Source of the DNA: an uncultured Candidatus Saccharibacteria bacterium
Lineage (GTDB): Bacteria; Patescibacteriota; Saccharimonadia; Saccharimonadales; Saccharimonadaceae
Length of the DNA: 64,000 nucleotides
Assembly: GCA_963514895.1 (NCBI GenBank)
Contig: CAUPVK010000002.1
Coordinates: forward strand, 12,323 to 76,322
Direction of reading: 5' to 3'
Part shown: positions 37,906-47,744 of the stretch, in pieces
Numbering within the stretch: position 1 is the first letter of the stretch
Layout: every line of letters begins with the position of its first letter
Position numbers and translations under genes: made by a program
The notes under the pieces: model-generated
What the model was told of the DNA's origin: nothing
What the model saw: only the letters and a program-made list of their open reading frames with translations
The model's database searches: none

Positions 37906-38235
37906 AACACACAGCTGGCTCGGCACAGAGTACCTAACAAAAATGACAATATAGCTTTTGTGAACAGTATATCGCCAAGGATTCTAGCGCATATAATGTA
38001 CACGAGAAAAGTGAGGCGCGATAAAACGCTGGAACGTAAATTACCGAATATCTACGCCTTCCTTCCGCAAGAGCTTGCCTCGTCTTATCTCATTAGATAA
38101 AGCGACGACAACACCATCATTAATCCGATAAGTATTTCATATAGTGCATTAATCTGCTTTTACAATGCTGACGTGCACAAGCGCAGGAAGGAAGAGTAAG
38201 ACACTCAAAAAATCTTAATATTCAGGTGTATATTT

Positions 38236-39750
38236 CTACGGATAATTGACACCTGGCACAGTTTTGCCCAATAGCGTCTGCACGGTGACGAAGCGATAGC
38301 CTTGCTGCTTGAGCGTGCTGAGGATGCAGGGCACGGCATTGACAGAGGTGGGATGGATGTCGTGCATGAGGATGATAGCGCCTGGCCGTGCACCAGCGAC
38401 AGCACGGTTGCAGACAATGGTGCTATTGCGATCGGCCCAGTCGCGCGTATCGACTGACCACAAGATGGAGGCCATACCGCGCTGGCGCAGTTGCTCGAGA
38501 ATGACACTATTTACTGCGCCATATGGTGGGCGCATGATAGTCGGTGCAACGCCTGTTGCTTGGGCAATAGCATTGTTGGTTCGGTCGATCTCGCTGCCGA
38601 TTGCTTCTGCACTATACTGTGGCAGAACCGGATGGCTCCACGAGTGATTCCCGAGCTGGTGACCACTGGTATGGATACGGCGCACGACGTCAGCACGAGC
38701 TGCAACTTTGCTGCCGATCATGAAGAATGTGCCTTTTGCGCCGTACTGGTCTAGGGTGTCAAGTAGCTCATTAGTATATGGCCCAGGCCCATCGTCGAAG
38801 GTGAGGGCAATGCAGGCTTGAGCGCACGATCGAGAAGGCGCTGGTGTGGCTGGCACGGGGGCAGCAATTGGTTTTGGCTGTGGTTTTGGCAGAGCAGGGA
38901 TAGTCGCAATCTGCCGCGCCTGGGTGGTTTGCAATGCAGCGAGGATACTCGTGAAGGGGAGAGAGATCGTCATTGTACCATAAGATGACGGCACGAGCGC
39001 AGCTTGGCCAAAAGGCCAGGCAAGCGCATTATCATTGGTGATAATGAAGTTGGTGAGTGCATCCTCTGTGACCATTTCGCCAAGATCGACGGCTGGCTGC
39101 TGGCGCTCGGCAATCGTGGCAGCAACGGAGCGCTGTGCCGCATCAATGATGGTGCGCAGGTATGCGGTATTGCCACCAACGAGGTCGCGCAGGGTGATAG
39201 CCGCGCCCGTCTGCTTGTTGAATGTCCAAAATCGGGTGAAGCTGGCGGGGTGAGCACCGTGAGTGTCTTGGTTAGCTTGAATAATAACGGATAGGGCAGC
39301 ATTGGTATTATGGGTAATTTGGTAGCTGATTGCCTCGGTCATTGGTCGGTGGAAGGTGCGGCCAGCTGCGACGCTTTGGCGAAACTCATGATCGAGCTGG
39401 TCGATGGCGCTCGCGATAGTAGTGTCGATCGTGTTATTGCCTGTCAGTGGGTATTCGAGCGAGACGTTTTCTTTAGCAGAGGTGCGGCTGACCAGCTTCG
39501 AGCGAATACCTTGGTAGTGCGAATCGACGAAGGAGTATTTTTCATCTGTTTTGTCGGTTGTGCGCGCGGCTGGTGGGGAAGGCTGTGGTGCAGTAGGTCG
39601 CACCACATGGACGATAATAAGGGTAATAATGAGGCCACATAATGCACAAGCAAGTAGCGCAAGCAAAATGACCATGCGGCGCCGCGCTTGGGTACAGCGT
39701 TTGTGGTGCCGCTGCAAGCGTGATGCTGGTGAGGGAGATTGACGCTCCAT
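38236..39750 (-). CDS. Polysaccharide/peptidoglycan deacetylase (NodB domain) with an N-terminal TM anchor and a DUF3298/DUF4163-like domain
   Basis: 'IALTFDDGPGPYT', 'GNHSWSHP' and 'MRPPYG' are NodB motifs. A TGcTATACT box lies 6 nt upstream of the ATG. Confidence 0.85.
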   Translation of the reverse strand: MERQSPSPASRLQRHHKRCTQARRRMVILLALLACALCGLIITLIIVHVVRPTAPQPSPPAARTTDKTDEKYSFVDSHYQGIRSKLVSRTSAKENVSLEYPLTGNNTIDTTIASAIDQLDHEFRQSVAAGRTFHRPMTEAISYQITHNTNAALSVIIQANQDTHGAHPASFTRFWTFNKQTGAAITLRDLVGGNTAYLRTIIDAAQRSVAATIAERQQPAVDLGEMVTEDALTNFIITNDNALAWPFGQAALVPSSYGTMTISLPFTSILAALQTTQARQIATIPALPKPQPKPIAAPVPATPAPSRSCAQACIALTFDDGPGPYTNELLDTLDQYGAKGTFFMIGSKVAARADVVRRIHTSGHQLGNHSWSHPVLPQYSAEAIGSEIDRTNNAIAQATGVAPTIMRPPYGAVNSVILEQLRQRGMASILWSVDTRDWADRNSTIVCNRAVAGARPGAIILMHDIHPTSVNAVPCILSTLKQQGYRFVTVQTLLGKTVPGVNYP

Positions 39751-39851
39751 ACCGCTAGTATAGCAAAATAATGAGCATAAGCGCCATAGATATGATGATT
39801 ATGCTCGCACCTATTGCACCAGCGCAGCCTATGGTATAATTTAGGCAGAAT

Positions 39852-40280
39852 ATGGGACCACAACAGCCGCGATTCAATAGTTTTCCCGAGCAACCTCGGG
39901 CAAACAACCAGAATATCTACCGTTCGCCGGCGCCTCAGGCGCACGAGCGGCTTCCTGCGCTGATGCCCGAGCGTCGGAGCGAGCAACAGCCCGCTGACAC
40001 GCATGAAATGATGCCGATGGTCCCGCAGAGCCTCACGCTGCCAGCTCTGCCTACCACAGTTATTGCTGCGCCACAGCCCGACCCAGATACGACCGTTACA
40101 GCTGCTCCTGCAACTGCTGCAGACGAAGATCTGATTGAAAAAGACTGGGTTATCAAGCTCAAGCAGATCATTAAGGATACCCAAGATGACCCTTACCAGC
40201 GCGAACAGCAGGTTAGTGCTCTGCAGCGCGACTATATCTACAAACGCTATGGGCGCAAAATTGGCGCAACGGAGAACTAG
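39852..40280 (+). CDS. Hypothetical Pro-rich protein preceding the VirD4-like ATPase
   Basis: The ORF track supports it. A TGgTATAAT box lies 11 nt upstream, and the stop abuts the next ATG (TAGATG). Confidence 0.4.
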   Translation: MGPQQPRFNSFPEQPRANNQNIYRSPAPQAHERLPALMPERRSEQQPADTHEMMPMVPQSLTLPALPTTVIAAPQPDPDTTVTAAPATAADEDLIEKDWVIKLKQIIKDTQDDPYQREQQVSALQRDYIYKRYGRKIGATEN

Positions 40281-43200
40281 ATGAATACCGTCACCACTTT
40301 CATTATTGTTTTTGGCTCGGCCGGCCTTATTCTTATCATCTTGTTTGTTGCTTTCATCGTCTATCGCAACAGTATGCGCGAGGCCAAGAATTACGAGCGA
40401 GGCCTCAAGATGGTGCCGATTCTCATCCACTTGCCGCCCGCTAGTGACGATATCGACGGTGGTGGGCGCGACAAGCGTGACCTCACAGAGGAGGTGCTAT
40501 CGCAAGCCCAAGTGATGTACAACATCATTGCGAGTACCAGCACCAAGGGCTTTATGAGCCGGATCTATGGGCAGCGCCATGTGTCATTTGAGATTGTAGC
40601 ACGCGAGGGTCTGGTGTATTACTATGCAGTGGTGCCAACAGTGCTGACGGACACAGTGCGCCAGGCAATTGCTGCAGCCTACCCATCGGCACGGTTAGAG
40701 GAGGTGTCGGAGCACTCAGTGTTTAGTAAGGTGGGTAAGGCGAGTGGGACGATTGGTGGTGAGTTTACTCTGCGCAAAGAATTTATTTACCCGATTTCTA
40801 CCTATATGGAGTCTAAGCGCGATGCGTCGCGGGCGCTGCTCAATGCAGTGTCTTCGGCTGGGCGCGAGGATGGGGTGGGAATCCAATTTTTGATCCGCCC
40901 AGCGTATGAGAAGTGGACGAAGCGCTCTATCTCGGCTGCTGAGCAGATTGTCAAGAACAAGGGTGAGAAAAAGAGTAGTGGCGGCAGTGGCCTCTCGGCG
41001 CGTGATGTTATGCAGGCACTATGGAAGCCGCCTGAGGCAAGTGACAAGAAGGAATTCCAAGCCGAAAAGCCGCTCAGTGCGGTGGAGCAGGCTAAGGTTG
41101 ATGCTATCCAAGAAAAGATTCGCTACCCCGGCTATGAGGTAATGATCCGCGTGGTGGTATCGTCCAACACGGCGGCGCGCTCACAGGTGCTGCTCAAGAA
41201 TATTGTGGCGGCGTTTGCACTGTTTGATTCGCCGAGCTTTAATGGCTTTAAGTTTCACCTTACTAAGAATGTCGATGAGCTCGCGACAGCCTTTATCTTC
41301 CGATTCTTCCCGCAGGCAAATAGCCGCGATATCCTCAACTCAGTCGAGCTTGCCACTCTCTTTCATTTGCCAGACCAAAATAGCATTCCTACCTCGCAAG
41401 TCAAGCGCCAGATGAGTAAGCAAGTCGATGGCCCAACAGAGGTGATGGAGACGGGGCTATTGCTCGGCTACAATGAGTTCCGCGGCGTGCGCAAGCCGAT
41501 TCGCCTGGCCGATAAAGACCGTCGGCGTCACATCCATATCATTGGTCAGACGGGTGTAGGTAAGTCGGTCTTGCAAGAGAACTTAGCCTACCAGGATATG
41601 CTGGCGGGGCGGGGTTTTGCCTTGGTTGATCCACACGGTGACCTGGCTGAGGCATTGCTCGCCAAGGTGCCACGTGATCGGGTAGAGGATATTGTCTACT
41701 TCGACCCAGGTGATATGAGTAACCCGATTGGTCTTAATATGTTTGAGTTCGACCACCCTGACCAGAAGGACTTCTTGGTGCAGGAGGCGATCAACATGCT
41801 GTATGGCTTGTACGACCCAGGTCACACTGGTATCGTTGGGCCACGCCTCGAGCACATCTTCCGTAACTGTGCGTTGCTGCTGATGGCTGATCCTGCGGGT
41901 GGAACGTTTGTTGATGTGCCAAAGCTGCTGGTGGATGAGCAATTCCGCAATGCTAAGCTCAAATACGTAACAGACCGGCAGGTGCTCGACTTTTGGACGA
42001 AGGAGTTCCCAGCCTCGCAGCGCTCCAACGAAGCTGGTGATTTGATTAGCTGGGTGATCTCCAAGTTTGGTCCATTCATTAGCAACGATGCGATGCGTAA
42101 TATTATTGGTCAGACTAAGAGTGGCTTTAATTTCCCTGAGATTATGAATAACAACAAGATTTTGCTTGTTAACCTCTCCAAAGGTAAGATGGGTGATCTC
42201 AACTCGAAGTTGCTTGGTATTATCTTTGTCATGAAGTTCCAGGCGGCGGCAATGGCTCGGGCTAATATCCCCGAGCACGAGCGCAAGGACTTTACACTCT
42301 ACGTTGACGAGTTCCAGAACTTTGCCACCGATAGCTTTGAGACGATCCTTAGTGAGGCACGTAAGTATCGCTTGAGTTTGGTTTTGGCCAACCAGTTTAT
42401 GACGCAGCTCAAGGAAGAACTACGCGAGGCTATCCTTGGTAACGTTGGTACAACCATTACCGGCCGAATTGGTACGACCGATGCTGAGATTATGGTCAAG
42501 CGCTATACGCCTGTCTTTACTGCTGAGGATTTGACCAAGCTACCAAACTTTGAGTCGGTCTGTGTGGCGCAGATTAATGGCACGCCGTCAGCGCCATTTA
42601 GTATGGCGTGGATTCCGCCAATGGGCGAACCAAACCAGCAGTTGAGCGATGCCCTCAAGAAGCTTTCGGCCGCGAAGTATGGCCGGCCGCGTGACCAAGT
42701 GGAACGCGATATATCTGCCCGTATTAGTGTGCAGCAACCTAGCCAGCCAGCAGCCGGAGCAGGGCGCTCAGGAGGCGCGGCTGGTGGTGGGTCGTCTTTC
42801 CTCGATGAATGGCTTGCAAAGCGTAAGCAGATGAATGGAAAGAAACCGCAATCGGCGGCAGCACCATCGAGCGCGCAAGCCTCACGGCCCGGTAGTCCAG
42901 CCGCTCGACCAACTCGGCCACAAACCACACCAGCTTCCTCAGCTCAGCCATTGCGTGCCCAGCCAGCCATGCCGCCAGCTTCTTCATCCTCTCAAGTACC
43001 ACGGCCACAGCCAGCTAGCACTCCCCGCACTATGCCAAATCCAAGCGCGTCATCTCCATCGTCGGCTGCTCAGCCTACTCCACCACCGTCGCCAGCGGTG
43101 CAGGATGCGCTGGATAGAGCACGCCATGCTGCGCGGCCCAATATCCTTGGTGGCCAGCAGACCGAGGCGCGTGCTCAGTCTGCTCCACCGGTTGCACCGT

Positions 43201-43331
43201 CGCCCGTTCCCGAGCCAGCTATGCCATCGCCAGAAGAGCTAGAGCGCGAAGCCTTGCGCCGCCAAGGCACTCTCAACACGCATGGCGACCTGAGCGGCGA
43301 GCCACAGGAAGTGTCGATTAAGTTACATTGA
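40281..43331 (+). CDS. Membrane-anchored TraD/VirD4/HerA-type P-loop ATPase with a long Pro/Ala/Ser-rich C-terminal tail
   Basis: It has an N-terminal TM helix, Walker A 'IIGQTGVGKSVL', 'VDPHGDL', Walker B 'LYVDEFQNF' and 'LSLVLANQF'. The last ~200 aa are low complexity. Confidence 0.7.
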   Translation: MNTVTTFIIVFGSAGLILIILFVAFIVYRNSMREAKNYERGLKMVPILIHLPPASDDIDGGGRDKRDLTEEVLSQAQVMYNIIASTSTKGFMSRIYGQRHVSFEIVAREGLVYYYAVVPTVLTDTVRQAIAAAYPSARLEEVSEHSVFSKVGKASGTIGGEFTLRKEFIYPISTYMESKRDASRALLNAVSSAGREDGVGIQFLIRPAYEKWTKRSISAAEQIVKNKGEKKSSGGSGLSARDVMQALWKPPEASDKKEFQAEKPLSAVEQAKVDAIQEKIRYPGYEVMIRVVVSSNTAARSQVLLKNIVAAFALFDSPSFNGFKFHLTKNVDELATAFIFRFFPQANSRDILNSVELATLFHLPDQNSIPTSQVKRQMSKQVDGPTEVMETGLLLGYNEFRGVRKPIRLADKDRRRHIHIIGQTGVGKSVLQENLAYQDMLAGRGFALVDPHGDLAEALLAKVPRDRVEDIVYFDPGDMSNPIGLNMFEFDHPDQKDFLVQEAINMLYGLYDPGHTGIVGPRLEHIFRNCALLLMADPAGGTFVDVPKLLVDEQFRNAKLKYVTDRQVLDFWTKEFPASQRSNEAGDLISWVISKFGPFISNDAMRNIIGQTKSGFNFPEIMNNNKILLVNLSKGKMGDLNSKLLGIIFVMKFQAAAMARANIPEHERKDFTLYVDEFQNFATDSFETILSEARKYRLSLVLANQFMTQLKEELREAILGNVGTTITGRIGTTDAEIMVKRYTPVFTAEDLTKLPNFESVCVAQINGTPSAPFSMAWIPPMGEPNQQLSDALKKLSAAKYGRPRDQVERDISARISVQQPSQPAAGAGRSGGAAGGGSSFLDEWLAKRKQMNGKKPQSAAAPSSAQASRPGSPAARPTRPQTTPASSAQPLRAQPAMPPASSSSQVPRPQPASTPRTMPNPSASSPSSAAQPTPPPSPAVQDALDRARHAARPNILGGQQTEARAQSAPPVAPSPVPEPAMPSPEELEREALRRQGTLNTHGDLSGEPQEVSIKLH

Positions 43332-43417
43332 TAAACGCTTAATACAGGTGATAGAGAACACAAGCGACAAGTACGATATTTTTCGACGTTCGTTACCATG
43401 TGTATTATACTAAGTCT

Positions 43418-43894
43418 ATGAAAACGCACTACACTTTACTGGAACTAAGCCAAGGTTGGCGGTATGTCGGCGACGATTGGGAACTGGATTCTGATAACAT
43501 AACCTGCCGAAACAAGCTCACGTCTGCAATGACAACGTTCGGTGCCGACGACACATGCCCCTGGTGTATTGAACTTGGAGTAGAACGGACACTTCCGCGT
43601 GAGGCGGGCGTGCCCACTCCTTACCCTATAGAAGGCGGTCGCTACGTCCTTACCGTTTGTTCGCCGTCGTTCGTTGATGATCCACGTGGCAAGTGGTACT
43701 TTGAAGACGATAATGAGGCAAAGCCTCTGATTATGAGTACGCTTGACTACGACGCCATCACTGAGTTTGTTGAAACAAAATTAAAGGAGTATACGTTCAC
43801 GTCCACACCTGACGATCCGTATGGAGACGATGTCGAATTTCGTAACGTCACGAAGCACTGGCTTTATGATGTCGACTGGAACGATTACCACTAA
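43418..43894 (+). CDS. Hypothetical acidic cytoplasmic protein
   Basis: The ORF track supports it. I chose the ATG at 43418 because a TATACT box lies 6 nt upstream. No motif was recognised. Confidence 0.4.
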   Translation: MKTHYTLLELSQGWRYVGDDWELDSDNITCRNKLTSAMTTFGADDTCPWCIELGVERTLPREAGVPTPYPIEGGRYVLTVCSPSFVDDPRGKWYFEDDNEAKPLIMSTLDYDAITEFVETKLKEYTFTSTPDDPYGDDVEFRNVTKHWLYDVDWNDYH

Positions 43895-44114
43895 TGGATT
43901 TTCGCTATTTTCATTCGCATGTAGTGATAATAGCTGAGGGACTTGAGAGGGGTAACGGAAAGGGTTACTTGTTATCCGTTTGCTTTAAGGATGAGTTATT
44001 TCGCTCCAGTGACCTCAGTAGTGGGCCTTGGGAATTGTTAATTTATACTAGGTCTATTCAACTATGATATATAATAAATTAATCAAATAATTTTAAATAC
44101 GTTATGGAGTGTCT

Positions 44115-44603
44115 ATGGAAACTCAACTAACTGGCGCAATCACAAACTATTTCGAACTAGTTGGAAAAAACAAAGCAGAAATTGAAAAGGCGGTTAGTGC
44201 TGCTACAAACGGACTAGCAACCGACCCGATCATCAAGGACACTGAACCAGACTTTCTTCCAGTTGATTTGACTGAATCGTATTGGTTGTACTATAACGCA
44301 GGCCTCGAACTGCAGTTACGTGATGATATCCTCGTCGTTGTTTCCCTGTATCTGCAGGAAGACAATTTCTACAAAGCTCCCTTTTCTCCGCTTTCTCATC
44401 AGTTACTAGATTCACTACCAAATACAGCTACAATACAGGAGGTTACTGACATATTTGGACCTCCTGACTTTGAAGGAGGGCTCGCAGGACGTAAGAATCT
44501 GCAATACAGACTAGATCACGGGAAGTTCATCGTATTTCGCTTTAATCGTGAAGGCACCTTATGGTCGGTTCAATTTGGATTGACTCGCATCTTGAGGTAT
44601 TAG
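44115..44603 (+). CDS. Hypothetical protein
   Basis: The ORF track supports it. The ATG at 44115 lies downstream of ggag. No motif was recognised. Confidence 0.35.
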   Translation: METQLTGAITNYFELVGKNKAEIEKAVSAATNGLATDPIIKDTEPDFLPVDLTESYWLYYNAGLELQLRDDILVVVSLYLQEDNFYKAPFSPLSHQLLDSLPNTATIQEVTDIFGPPDFEGGLAGRKNLQYRLDHGKFIVFRFNREGTLWSVQFGLTRILRY

Positions 44604-44829
44604 ACTAGTTTAGGTAGCTGACAAAGGTAAATTGATTTGATGGGCTCGATCGTGGTATCGTTCACTCATGACGTATGTAGCCACCGTCGTTCAGGTACTT
44701 CTCTCTAGCCTGAGTGATCTTCCTCTAGAGTATTGAAGTTTGATCAATAGGGTACTATTTCACATGAGGAGTGTGGGTAATAAGTGAATGAATCATGTTG
44801 TTGATCGAGCAGTAATTTGCAGAGGCAAA

Positions 44830-45456
44830 CTACACATTCCGCTGACCAAGCATCATCATGCGCACAAAGTCAAAGGCGAGGCCGCAGAGCCAGCCGAGAG
44901 CGAAGGCGGCAATGGATTCGGCACCGGAGAGTGGATAGCCGTTGAAGCGGGCGATGAGGTAGATAGCTAGAGTGAGTACGAAGGCGGCAATGGCACCAGA
45001 GAGCAGTGCATTGGGCCGGGCAACGGTATTGCCAGTGACTTCGCTTGCTTTCTCGATGGCTGGGTTATGGATGACTTTGCTAAAGGCGCGGCTCGAGGGT
45101 GAGAGCTGGGATTGGACGGCTGCCATGGTTTTATCGAAGCGTTCTTGCTGGGCAGCTGGGCTGGTTTGACGTTGGCGCTCGGCGCGTTGTTGTTCGCGGG
45201 TTTCGCGCTGGCGGCGCTCAGCTTCGGCAGTGGCTCGTTTTTGCTCGGCAGCTTGCTCGTAGACTTGCTCGGCTTCGTGGCGAGCGGCCCGAAGGGTTTC
45301 GTGTCGCTGACGCGTTTCGCCCTGGAGGCTGGGGTGCTCTAACTGGCGGTGTTCGCCAGATTGACGTAGGGCGGTTAGCTGCTCAGCACGTGATTGCTCG
45401 ATGGTTTGCTCGGTGCGGCGCTCAGATTGGCGCTTAGTGGTAAATCGTTCTGCCAT
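44830..45456 (-). CDS. Hypothetical membrane protein with an Arg/Glu/Gln-rich coiled-coil N-terminus
   Basis: An aaggaga RBS precedes the ATG, and there are two C-terminal TM helices. Confidence 0.5.
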   Translation of the reverse strand: MAERFTTKRQSERRTEQTIEQSRAEQLTALRQSGEHRQLEHPSLQGETRQRHETLRAARHEAEQVYEQAAEQKRATAEAERRQRETREQQRAERQRQTSPAAQQERFDKTMAAVQSQLSPSSRAFSKVIHNPAIEKASEVTGNTVARPNALLSGAIAAFVLTLAIYLIARFNGYPLSGAESIAAFALGWLCGLAFDFVRMMMLGQRNV

Positions 45457-45470
45457 TGGTTTCTCCTTGG

Positions 45471-47090
45471 TTAGATTGTTCCGACATTAAAGTTGCGGCG
45501 TACGAGGCGGATCTCGGTGCTGAGCTGGCGCGAGCGGGCGTAGAAGAAGACTACCACTGCAAGGACGATGCCGGCAAAGATGATATTCTCGCTGCTACCA
45601 GTGTGGGGCAGTTCCGTCACGACTTGCTCGACGACGCGCTTCTCGGCGGGGCAATCTACCTTCGTACTGAGTGTGTTGCCAAAGGTGTTATCGATACGGC
45701 AATCGTAGGAGGTTGCATTGCTGGTGCCAGTACCCATCGAAGGAATCTGGTCTTTGAGCTGGACGGTAAATTGCCGCTCTTGGCTCTCGCCTGGCTTGAT
45801 CTCCACAGCTGGCCAGCTGAGGATGGTTGCATCGATGCTGGCGCTTTGGTTGGTGTCTTTGGCAAGTGTGCCGCCACCAGCGTCAACGACCGTAGCGTAT
45901 TGGAGGACATCGCCGAGGTTGTCACTAAAGGTGAATTTCTCGGCGTTGAGGCCTTTGTTGGTGACGCTGAGCTTGTAGGTAATGCGGTCGTGGGCTTTGG
46001 CGGTGACGGTGGTCGTCTCAGCACTGTTTTGGGTAAGGTTGTGGCCGCTCTTGGTCTGGACAAATTTGGCAGCACAGGTCTTATCTTCGAGCCAGAGGGT
46101 GTTGTTGCCTGGGCAAGGCTGACAGCGAGCATCATCTTTGAGCAGGGTAGGATTGACCGGGCAGCGGGCGGGTGCAGCAATGACGAAGGTCTTGGCACAG
46201 GCCTCGCTGGTGCGGTCGCCCAGAGAGGTCTTGACAGTGAGGACGACGCGGTACGAACCGGGCGTTTTCTCGCTGTAGCTGACGGTAGGCGTACTGCTCT
46301 CGAGTGTTTTGGCGAGCTTGCCATCGCGGTAGACCTGGAAGACATAGCCGGTGATGGTAGCGCCATGCTGGGCAGATGCTGCAGCGGTGAACTGGTAGGT
46401 GGTGTCGTTCTTGTTGATGACAAGGCCACTACAGCTTGCCACTGGCGTTGGCTTGATGACAGATGGCGGCGTGCTGCAGTTTGGGTAGGTACCGACCTGG
46501 CCGGGTGGGCAGACAGGTGCGGGTGGCACTGTCTGGGTGATGAGGTTGCCGCAGTTGAGCATAATGGCGAACCAGCCAAACTTTGCTGAGTGGCCAACGA
46601 ATGCCCGGTAGGTGAAGTTCCCCCACAGGTGGTGTGGTCGGTAGTAGAAGTTGCGCATTCCACCTTGCGCTGCCTTCACAGAATACACACCTTCGCCCTG
46701 AGCAGCGCTAAAGTGCGGTGTCATTCCCCACGAGTAGGTGTTCTCGGTGCTCCGCCGGGTTTCGAGGCGAGTTGTCGCCTGCTGCAGCTCAGCACGGGTA
46801 ATGCCAATGGTACTGTAGAGGTCGCGGATGTTGTTGGTGTTGGCGTCGTAGTGCGCCATGAGCTGCGAGCCATTGCTAATTCCGCCGTAGATCATATCGC
46901 TTGGGTCGGCGGCGTTAGCTGATTCTGGTGGCGCAAGCAGCGTGAATGACTGCACGACGAGTGCGAGCGCAGTAAAGATCAGCCCCAGGCGGCGCGTCGC
47001 CTCCTCTTTGCGTAAGCGCTTCGCGTAGAAACCCAGTTGGCCGACGATCGCCGGGCTGAGCGATAAGTTTGATACGAGTTTCCGAAACAT
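45471..47090 (-). CDS. LPXTG cell-wall-anchored surface protein
   Basis: It has an N-terminal signal/TM ('LGLIFTALALVVQSF'). The C-terminal 'LPHTG' (45597-45611) is followed by a hydrophobic helix and 'ARSRQ'. The Cys-rich, Ig-like repeat-looking middle region is a weak call. Confidence 0.7.
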   Translation of the reverse strand: MFRKLVSNLSLSPAIVGQLGFYAKRLRKEEATRRLGLIFTALALVVQSFTLLAPPESANAADPSDMIYGGISNGSQLMAHYDANTNNIRDLYSTIGITRAELQQATTRLETRRSTENTYSWGMTPHFSAAQGEGVYSVKAAQGGMRNFYYRPHHLWGNFTYRAFVGHSAKFGWFAIMLNCGNLITQTVPPAPVCPPGQVGTYPNCSTPPSVIKPTPVASCSGLVINKNDTTYQFTAAASAQHGATITGYVFQVYRDGKLAKTLESSTPTVSYSEKTPGSYRVVLTVKTSLGDRTSEACAKTFVIAAPARCPVNPTLLKDDARCQPCPGNNTLWLEDKTCAAKFVQTKSGHNLTQNSAETTTVTAKAHDRITYKLSVTNKGLNAEKFTFSDNLGDVLQYATVVDAGGGTLAKDTNQSASIDATILSWPAVEIKPGESQERQFTVQLKDQIPSMGTGTSNATSYDCRIDNTFGNTLSTKVDCPAEKRVVEQVVTELPHTGSSENIIFAGIVLAVVVFFYARSRQLSTEIRLVRRNFNVGTI

Positions 47091-47262
47091 GATGTACCCC
47101 CATAGACCATCGATGTTAGCTAAATGTTCTATGTATATTCTAGCAATGTGTTGCACGAAATGCAATTGTTTATTGGTTGTGCTTACTGATACATGATGTA
47201 GAAGCTGTGGCGTAGCTTGTCTCATTTGACAATAAGCTCCAACCTAGAGAATAATATGGAAT

Positions 47263-47709
47263 ATGGCTCGCTCTGTTCGCTCACACCATCCCGATGACTT
47301 CGCGCTCAATGTTGCGCATGATGAGCTCGATCTCTTTCGCTGGTTTCTCTTGGTGTATCTGCTGGGCAAGCCGATTCAATCACCGGTGGCGGTGCAGACC
47401 TGGCGTCTCTTGGTGGAGCACCAGCTTGATACGCCGTGGGCGTTGCTTGCGGTGGAGCGCAGACGCCTCGTGCGGCTGCTGGATGAAGGCAAATACACGC
47501 GCTATGATGAGAAAACAGCGACGGCGCTGCGACTCTGTGCACAGCAGCTGATTGACTGGTATGATGGCTCGCTGATGCTGCTCATCGATAGTAGCTCGGA
47601 CGAAGCTGAGTGCGCCAAACGTCTGCAAACATTCTATGGCGTCGGTCCAAAGACGGCGGAGATTTTCCTGCGCGGCGTTGCTGAGTTATTTGCTCAGCGT
47701 GTGGAATAA
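47263..47709 (+). CDS. Helix-hairpin-helix (HhH-GPD/endonuclease III-like) domain protein
   Basis: 'FYGVGPKTAEIFLRGV' is a HhH motif. No catalytic Asp/Lys assignment was possible. Confidence 0.35.
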   Translation: MARSVRSHHPDDFALNVAHDELDLFRWFLLVYLLGKPIQSPVAVQTWRLLVEHQLDTPWALLAVERRRLVRLLDEGKYTRYDEKTATALRLCAQQLIDWYDGSLMLLIDSSSDEAECAKRLQTFYGVGPKTAEIFLRGVAELFAQRVE

Positions 47710-47744
47710 GCGGTTGTCGGATAATAAAAATAAAGGAGTAATAA

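Noticed and set aside
38054-38206. Inverted 9-10-nt repeat CTTCCTTCC / GGAAGGAAG about 120 nt apart in the 330-nt non-coding gap after the DUF167 gene. It could be a small RNA or MITE-like element.
   Set aside because: The arms are short and purine/pyrimidine-biased, there are no target-site duplications, and I recognise no conserved ncRNA motifs (SRP, tmRNA, RNase P, 6S). The evidence is insufficient.
39444-40430. A 328-aa ORF on the - strand spanning the deacetylase 5' end and the next two genes.
   Set aside because: It overlaps three better-supported genes on both strands and crosses an intergenic promoter region. It has no motifs.
45456-46589. A 377-aa ORF on the + strand.
   Set aside because: It is entirely antisense to the LPXTG surface-protein gene. 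The composition is low complexity and Gly/Ala/Asp-rich, as expected from the reverse frame of a GC-rich gene, and no start signals are present.
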